Positions 16,339 to 21,653 of a stretch of DNA of 21,653 bases are shown one piece after another. The first letter of the stretch is position 1. Every line of letters begins with the position of its first letter. The notes beneath the pieces were generated by a model that saw nothing but the letters and a program-made list of their open reading frames with translations, did no database searches and was not told the origin of the DNA. The position numbers and the translations under genes are program-made. This stretch comes from a bacterium. Lineage in GTDB: Bacteria > Hinthialibacterota > Hinthialibacteria > Hinthialibacterales > Hinthialibacteraceae. Where the stretch lies: assembly GCA_041946805.1 (NCBI GenBank), contig JBHGBC010000102.1, positions 1 through 21,653 on the forward strand, read 5' to 3'.

Positions 16339-17877
16339 TTACCAGGGGTTGGCCGGGGCCATCGTCCAGACGGACAGCGATTTCACATTGACGGGTGCAT
16401 CGTTGCTGAACAGCGAGACGCCCAGGCTGTCCTCCCGGCTGGGATAGATCCGCTGCGTGAGGCATTGGCGGCGGTTGGCGAAAACCTCCAGAATGGAATG
16501 GTCGATGAAAATCCGCAGCCGCAGCGGTTCGCCCGGTTGCAGAGCGAAGGGCGCTGACTGCGCGGTCACCGGGGGATTCTCGCCCCCGTACATGCAGAAG
16601 GTCCGGTACACGATGCCGGGGGTGAGGGACGAGCGGCCGCAGTCGATCTGCAGCGCTTGCGCGTTCCGGTCGCAGATGATGACCGTCTGTTCGCGGCCGT
16701 CGGGCGAACAACGGACTTTCAAGCCGAACTGGCGGGCGTCCCCCGGATCGATCTCGATCTCCATCTCCAGACTGTCGCCGCGGACCTCATCCAGGACCTT
16801 CTCCCGGCCTGGTTCGACGGTGAGATTTTCGATTTTCCGGGGATTCATGCGCAACCGGGCCAATTCCTCGGCTGGATCGATGCGAAGGAGATGGTCTTCT
16901 CCCAGGGAAAGCACCCGGGGCAGGGTCATCGTGCCGCTCCAGCCTGCGCGTTGGATTTCACTCTCGGGCAGGCGGTCGAGCACCCAGGCCCACATGATGC
17001 GCCGGCCCTGGCCGTCGAGGAGGCTTTCGGGAGCGAAGCACGTGCCGCCCGGCCAGTTCATGCGGGCGTGTGTCTCGGGATAGAATCTCCCGTCCCGCCA
17101 ATGGCCCAAGTAATACCGGCATCCGCGCTTGTGGCTGATGCACAACAGCATGTGCTTGCCGCCGAGCGGGAAGAAATCGGGACACGAAATGTCCTCATCG
17201 GGATCGACACCGGGCAAGTCCGAAGCCAGGAATTTGTTTTGAAACGTCCAATGGATCATGTCGGGCGAACGGAACAAGGTGGCCGGATTGCCGCCGAAGA
17301 TGGCATGGTACGTGCCTTCTTCCAGCCAGCCGTGCGGATCCCACGATTGATATTTACCAAAATCCGGATCGCCCTCCTTGGGATTGGGCACGATCGGATT
17401 CGAGGGCAGTTTTTGCCAATGGACCAGGTCGTCCTCCGCGCTGACGGCGATGCAATTCCCCGCGTTCACGCCGTGATACAGCAGCACAGCTTGCCCCTCT
17501 TTATTGACAAACGCGTTGCCGCTGAAGATGCCCTGATCGGGATCGCCGGGCGAGGGAAACAAGGCGGGGGGATGGAACCGCCAGTGGAGCAGATCCACGC
17601 TGGAGGCGTGACCCCAGCAATGGCCCCGCTCATCCTGGAAAATGTAGAATAGGTGATATTTCCCCTTCCAATAGATGGCCCCGTTCGGATCGAACGGCAT
17701 GCAGTAGCTTTCCGGCGTGACGAAATGATAGGCCGGCCGCTGCGGGTCGTTCAGCAGCGTGTCGCGATGCCGGCGGACGGCTTGGAGCGTTTCATCGGCC
17801 GCCGAAACCGTGACAACACCCAACCACAAAAGACACAGGGTAAATATTCCACGTTGGGATCCGATAGAGACAATCAT
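16339..17877 (-). CDS. Secreted GH32-fold glycoside hydrolase-like protein with non-canonical catalytic motifs
   Basis: RPAYHF, FDPNG, YHLFY, WGHASSVDLLHW, FSG, WDP, SCPDFF, MTLPR and the C-terminal beta-sandwich LRIFIDHSILEVFAN. Start placed at ATG 17877 after GGAGG. Confidence 0.9.
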   Translation of the reverse strand: MIVSIGSQRGIFTLCLLWLGVVTVSAADETLQAVRRHRDTLLNDPQRPAYHFVTPESYCMPFDPNGAIYWKGKYHLFYIFQDERGHCWGHASSVDLLHWRFHPPALFPSPGDPDQGIFSGNAFVNKEGQAVLLYHGVNAGNCIAVSAEDDLVHWQKLPSNPIVPNPKEGDPDFGKYQSWDPHGWLEEGTYHAIFGGNPATLFRSPDMIHWTFQNKFLASDLPGVDPDEDISCPDFFPLGGKHMLLCISHKRGCRYYLGHWRDGRFYPETHARMNWPGGTCFAPESLLDGQGRRIMWAWVLDRLPESEIQRAGWSGTMTLPRVLSLGEDHLLRIDPAEELARLRMNPRKIENLTVEPGREKVLDEVRGDSLEMEIEIDPGDARQFGLKVRCSPDGREQTVIICDRNAQALQIDCGRSSLTPGIVYRTFCMYGGENPPVTAQSAPFALQPGEPLRLRIFIDHSILEVFANRRQCLTQRIYPSREDSLGVSLFSNDAPVNVKSLSVWTMAPANPW

Positions 17878-18005
17878 GCAAGACCTCCGGTCCATGACAT
17901 TGGAGTATTCATTCTGGTGGATGATATCAGAATGGATCAGGCGGGGATACAGGGGAAAGAGATTGCGCAGCTCCGCAATAGATTCTTACTCCCCAGGTCA
18001 GGTTC

Positions 18006-18039
18006 AAAAAAGAGGCGCGTTGTTTCGCGCCCCTGTTTT
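18006..18039 (-). terminator. Intrinsic terminator downstream of the FAD oxidoreductase (possibly bidirectional)
   Basis: Minus strand reads GGGGCGCG-AAACAA-CGCGCCTC-TTTTTT. The plus strand also has TGTTTT after the stem. Confidence 0.75.
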
Positions 18040-18077
18040 ACATCCAATACAATGAATGGAATGATTTTCTGTGCGTT

Positions 18078-19805
18078 TCACCGCGGCGTGATTTTCGGCC
18101 AGCGGATTTCCACGCCTTGGGAGACCAGCCGGTTCTGCAAATCGCGCCGTAGCGATTCGGCGTTGCGCACGCCCCGCGGGCTTTCTTTTTTCTCCAGACA
18201 ATATGCGATTAACATTCCCGCTGATTCGCCGATGTTCCACTCCACCGGATGCAGGCGGTAGGTCCCGTTGGTGATGTGCGTCGTGCCGATGTTCTTGCAG
18301 GCGGGAATCAGGTTTTCGACACGGCGGGGAATCATCGCGCCCAGGGGAATCTGGAACGGGCAGGTGTCGAGGTCCACGTAATTGTCGCCGCCGGTGCTGG
18401 GATGGAGGTCGATGCGGTAACTGCCCACGCCAACGGAATCGGCGAAGGGCGCGGCGGTGGTGTCTTCGTATTTCGTTCCCAATTCCTGCAAGCGGGCCTG
18501 CGCCCAGACGTGCCGGGCGGTGATGGTGAATTCGGCCTGGATGCGGCGGGATTCGCGGATATAGGGATATTTCGCCAGGCCGTCCGGCGTGCCGGTGATG
18601 TCGGGCCGCAGGCGCAGGCCGGGCCAGCCGGTTCCACCGTCGGCGCGCGGGGCTTCGGTTTGAAGCCAATAAAACAAGGCCAGCGAGAGTTGCCGCGCGC
18701 CACGCAGGTGTTTTTCTTTCTCCTCGCGGGGCACGTCGATGATGGATCCCGGCAGGTAATCGTTCTGCGGCCAGTTGACGATGGTGATGTCGCTGGCGTA
18801 CGTCCCCGGAACGAAGTTTTGCGTGTGGATGATCCGGCGGTAGCTCCAAAATCCCATCCGGGACCCCTGGTTTTCGGCGATTGGATCGAATCCCAAGCTC
18901 TCACGGCTCTCGCCCGGTTTTTGGGGATGCGAATAGGCGAAAGCCAGCAGTTTACCCGGCCAGGGCGGCGTCAGGGCGGGGACGTAATCCCGCCAGAAAG
19001 CATAATTCTCCGGCGGATCGATGGTGTGGTCTTCTCCGGGAACGTAGTCGATGGCGAAGCACCAGGTGATGGCCTGCATGTTTTGCGGCTGCGCTTTTTC
19101 AGGGGCCATCGGTTCGCCGGTCAGGCCGCGGGACTCGAATCCGGTGACGTATTCGGCGCCCGTGAGGGGCAACAGCTCGCCGGTTTCGGTGGCGTCGATG
19201 AAGTATGGTGCGCGCAGCACGCGGAAATGGCCGGTTTGGAGGTCTCGCGCCTGGATGGCCTTTACCCGGTCGCCGTCCGTCTCGGCGGCCACAGGGATGT
19301 GTTCGAGGAGCAAGGTGATTTTTTGCGCGCTGAGATACGGCATCAGCATTTCGTATAACGCGGCCAAGCCCACGCGCGGCTCGCAGGCGATGCGCGAAAC
19401 CCAACCGTTGCCGGGATTCAACACCGGATTCCGCATGGCCTCCGCGGTGAGAGGGTAGTTGCGCCGGTAGTAGTCGCGGATGCGCCGCCGCAGTTCGCGG
19501 TATGCAGCGGGCGCGCCGAACGATTCGATCCAGCCGTGTTCGTCCATGGGGACCGCCTGCTGAGTGAGCTGGCCGCCGATCCAATCGGTCTCCTCGGTCA
19601 GGATCACGCGCAAACCGTTGCGGGCGGCGGCCAGGGCGGCGGCGCAGCCTCCCAAGCCTCCCCCGATGATGACCAGGTCCGCCCCCAGTTCATGGATCTG
19701 GATATTCCGGGAAGAAAAAGCGGGCGAGGCCGAAGCCGTGGTTGCGTTCATCCAATACGCGGGCGCGGCAAGACCGGCCGCTGTCAAGAACGATCGCCTG
19801 TCCAT
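18078..19805 (-). CDS. Tat-exported FAD-dependent oxidoreductase (FAD_oxidored/PF12831-like)
   Basis: MDRRSFL twin-arginine signal, IIGGGLGG dinucleotide-binding motif, DWIGGQLTQQAV, FIDATETG, PYIRESRR and YRLHPVEWNIGE. Start placed at ATG 19805 after AAAGGA. Confidence 0.92.
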   Translation of the reverse strand: MDRRSFLTAAGLAAPAYWMNATTASASPAFSSRNIQIHELGADLVIIGGGLGGCAAALAAARNGLRVILTEETDWIGGQLTQQAVPMDEHGWIESFGAPAAYRELRRRIRDYYRRNYPLTAEAMRNPVLNPGNGWVSRIACEPRVGLAALYEMLMPYLSAQKITLLLEHIPVAAETDGDRVKAIQARDLQTGHFRVLRAPYFIDATETGELLPLTGAEYVTGFESRGLTGEPMAPEKAQPQNMQAITWCFAIDYVPGEDHTIDPPENYAFWRDYVPALTPPWPGKLLAFAYSHPQKPGESRESLGFDPIAENQGSRMGFWSYRRIIHTQNFVPGTYASDITIVNWPQNDYLPGSIIDVPREEKEKHLRGARQLSLALFYWLQTEAPRADGGTGWPGLRLRPDITGTPDGLAKYPYIRESRRIQAEFTITARHVWAQARLQELGTKYEDTTAAPFADSVGVGSYRIDLHPSTGGDNYVDLDTCPFQIPLGAMIPRRVENLIPACKNIGTTHITNGTYRLHPVEWNIGESAGMLIAYCLEKKESPRGVRNAESLRRDLQNRLVSQGVEIRWPKITPR

Positions 19806-19896
19806 GGTGGTCCTTTCGTTCATCGATTGGTTCAGCTACCTGTTTCATGCTACTGTATCACAATCGATGGAAATTTAAGAACAGGTGGGGTGATCA

Positions 19897-20152
19897 GGTT
19901 CTGTTGAGTTTTCGTCATTAAATGAGTTCAAGAAATGCGGGATGGCCGTGCCAACACCCACGGCCCTTTTAAACTAGCCCAGGGCTTCAGCCCTGGGAAC
20001 TAGCCGGGATCAAGGTAACCAATTCCCTCTCCCTCTGGGAGAGGGTTAGGGTGAGGGATGCCCTGAAAGGGCGCCATCAGCGCTTTTCGTACAAACGATT
20101 AGACCGTACCGTTTTGGGAATTTGATCTACGTTGGAGAAACTCAACAGAACC
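19897..20152. mobile_element. MITE-like non-autonomous element, copy 2 (perfect TIRs, 256 bp, inverted relative to copy 1)
   Basis: (A)GGTTCTGTTGAGTTT at 19896-19911 and AAACTCAACAGAACC(T) at 20138-20153 form a perfect inverted repeat, flanked by TCA/TAA. Internal hairpins are GGCCGTG...CACGGCC, CCCAGGGCTTCAGCCCTGGG, the BoxC-like block and GCCCTGAAAGGGC. Confidence 0.85.
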
Positions 20153-20165
20153 TAAGGAGAATGAA

Positions 20166-21497
20166 ATGACCTTCCTTTCTACTTATCGTTATTTCTGCTG
20201 CTTCGCCGTGATAGCCGGTTTGACCGGGATCAGCATAGACGCCCATGGGGAGATTCTCCGCCGGGTTCCCGTGGCCGAGGGGCTGGCGTCGCATCCGGTG
20301 AACGGGGGCAATTGCCTCATATCAGACGGGACGTATCAATACCTGGCGTTTTACGATGGGGATCACCAGGCCACGGTGGCCAAGCGCATACTGGGTACCA
20401 CCGATTGGGAATTCGCCAAACTGCCTGAAAAGGTCGGTTGGGACACCCATAACCGTCTGGTGTTGTTCATGGACCGGGATGGATATTTGCACCTGACCGG
20501 CAACATGCACGCGTCGCCGTTGCGTTACTACCGGACTGCCAAACCGGGCGGCATCCAAACCTTCGAGCCGGTTCATACCTGGACGGGCAAGGATGAAGAG
20601 CGGGTGACCTATCCCACCCTTTTGCAACTGCGGGATGGTTCCATCCACATGATGTACCGCCTGGGCGGCAGCGGAAGCGGCAAGAACATCCTTGTGCATT
20701 ATTCCGAGAAAGACCGGAAATGGACGGGCGGTGACGCGTTTCTCAGCGGCATGGAAAGCGAACCGGACAGCAACGCCTATCCCTTCGGCGGGATCCAGGA
20801 AGACCGCCGCGGCGTGCTGCATATCGCCTGGTGCTGGCGCGAGACACCCGACGTGGAAACCAACTTCGACATCGGTTACGCTAAAAGTGAGGATGGCGGA
20901 CTTACCTGGAAGCAGTGGGACGGGACGAAATATGAATTGCCCATCCGGCCCGAGAACGCCGAAGTCGTGGATGACATTCCCCAGCGCGCGGGATTGATGA
21001 ACGGCGGCTCGTTGGCGATCGGCGCGGACGGAAATCCGTACATCGGCTACACCCGCTTCGACGCGGCCGGGCACAATCAAATCTATGTGGCCACGCCGGT
21101 GGAAAAAACGTGGCGGATCATTCAACTGACTAAATGGGAAGCCCGGTTTTGGTTCGAGGGGCGGGGAACCATCCCCGAGTATCCCCCGATTCCCCGGCTG
21201 GCCATCGAGGGAGACGGCCGGATCCGGGTACGGTACAGCAGCGATAAAGTGTCGCCCCCGGCGGGTGAAATGGTCTTCACGCGGGACCAGTTATTGAGCG
21301 GCATGCCGGGTGATTTCGAAATCCACCCAGGTTCCGATGACGGCCCGGGGATACCCAACATCAGGGCGGTCAATCAGGGACCATTGCCGAATGGGGAAAT
21401 TCATTACATGACACAGGAAGTAGACCGGCCCAACCGCGACCGCCAACCGGAAAATCCCCAACCGCCCACGATGATTTATATTGTGGAGACGAAATAA
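20166..21497 (+). CDS. Secreted BNR_4-type beta-propeller protein (putative glycoside hydrolase/lyase)
   Basis: Signal peptide ending AHG-E. WDTHN...DRDGYLHLTGNMH, RVTYP, YRLGGSGSG, WCWRETPD and Asp-box YAKSEDGGLTW. RBS AAGGAG. Confidence 0.88.
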   Translation: MTFLSTYRYFCCFAVIAGLTGISIDAHGEILRRVPVAEGLASHPVNGGNCLISDGTYQYLAFYDGDHQATVAKRILGTTDWEFAKLPEKVGWDTHNRLVLFMDRDGYLHLTGNMHASPLRYYRTAKPGGIQTFEPVHTWTGKDEERVTYPTLLQLRDGSIHMMYRLGGSGSGKNILVHYSEKDRKWTGGDAFLSGMESEPDSNAYPFGGIQEDRRGVLHIAWCWRETPDVETNFDIGYAKSEDGGLTWKQWDGTKYELPIRPENAEVVDDIPQRAGLMNGGSLAIGADGNPYIGYTRFDAAGHNQIYVATPVEKTWRIIQLTKWEARFWFEGRGTIPEYPPIPRLAIEGDGRIRVRYSSDKVSPPAGEMVFTRDQLLSGMPGDFEIHPGSDDGPGIPNIRAVNQGPLPNGEIHYMTQEVDRPNRDRQPENPQPPTMIYIVETK

Positions 21498-21653
21498 ATC
21501 CGTTTGGCTCATCCGGTAAGTGCGTACTTTTTCTTTTTGGTTTGCTATGCCATCCCATCAAGCCGTCTGGAGAGAATGGCCCCTACGTCCCTCGCGCTGG
21601 GCGGGCGGATTGCATGGATCAAAGCCCTTTCGCCCCGCTGGGCTTCTCTGGAA

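Noticed and set aside
21498..21653. Possible terminator or partial gene at the window end
   Set aside because: Only a 4-bp stem precedes the T-rich run, and no recognisable reading frame is visible.

Overview
GC-rich prokaryotic window with about 16 protein genes and no rRNA, tRNA, CRISPR array or transposase that I can recognise. From ~0.9 kb onward it reads as one bacterial chromosome segment. In order it encodes an atypical stand-alone receiver protein, a secreted 7-CxxCH multiheme cytochrome c, a 1298-aa secreted protein (LolA-like N-terminus plus ~10 carboxypeptidase-regulatory-like repeats), a Tat sulfatase, mnmA, a SurA/PrsA-type parvulin, aroB, a three-gene unit (PEGA lipoprotein, membrane coiled-coil protein, BadF-type sugar kinase), a sensor-less hybrid histidine kinase, a GH32-fold protein with altered catalytic motifs, a Tat FAD oxidoreductase and a BNR_4 propeller protein. 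The first ~0.9 kb (CooC-like 3' end plus a membrane-anchored hypothetical) differs in codon usage and overlaps the next gene convergently by 79 bp, suggesting a chimeric or HGT junction. The clearest unexplained structure is a ~250-bp non-coding element present twice (8997-9245 and inverted at 19897-20152), bounded by terminal inverted repeats and carrying nested REP/BoxC-like hairpins that also occur without TIRs at ~3.0-3.15 kb. I found no unambiguous novel multi-gene system; the best candidates are in findings. All family calls are from motif recognition by eye, not database searches.
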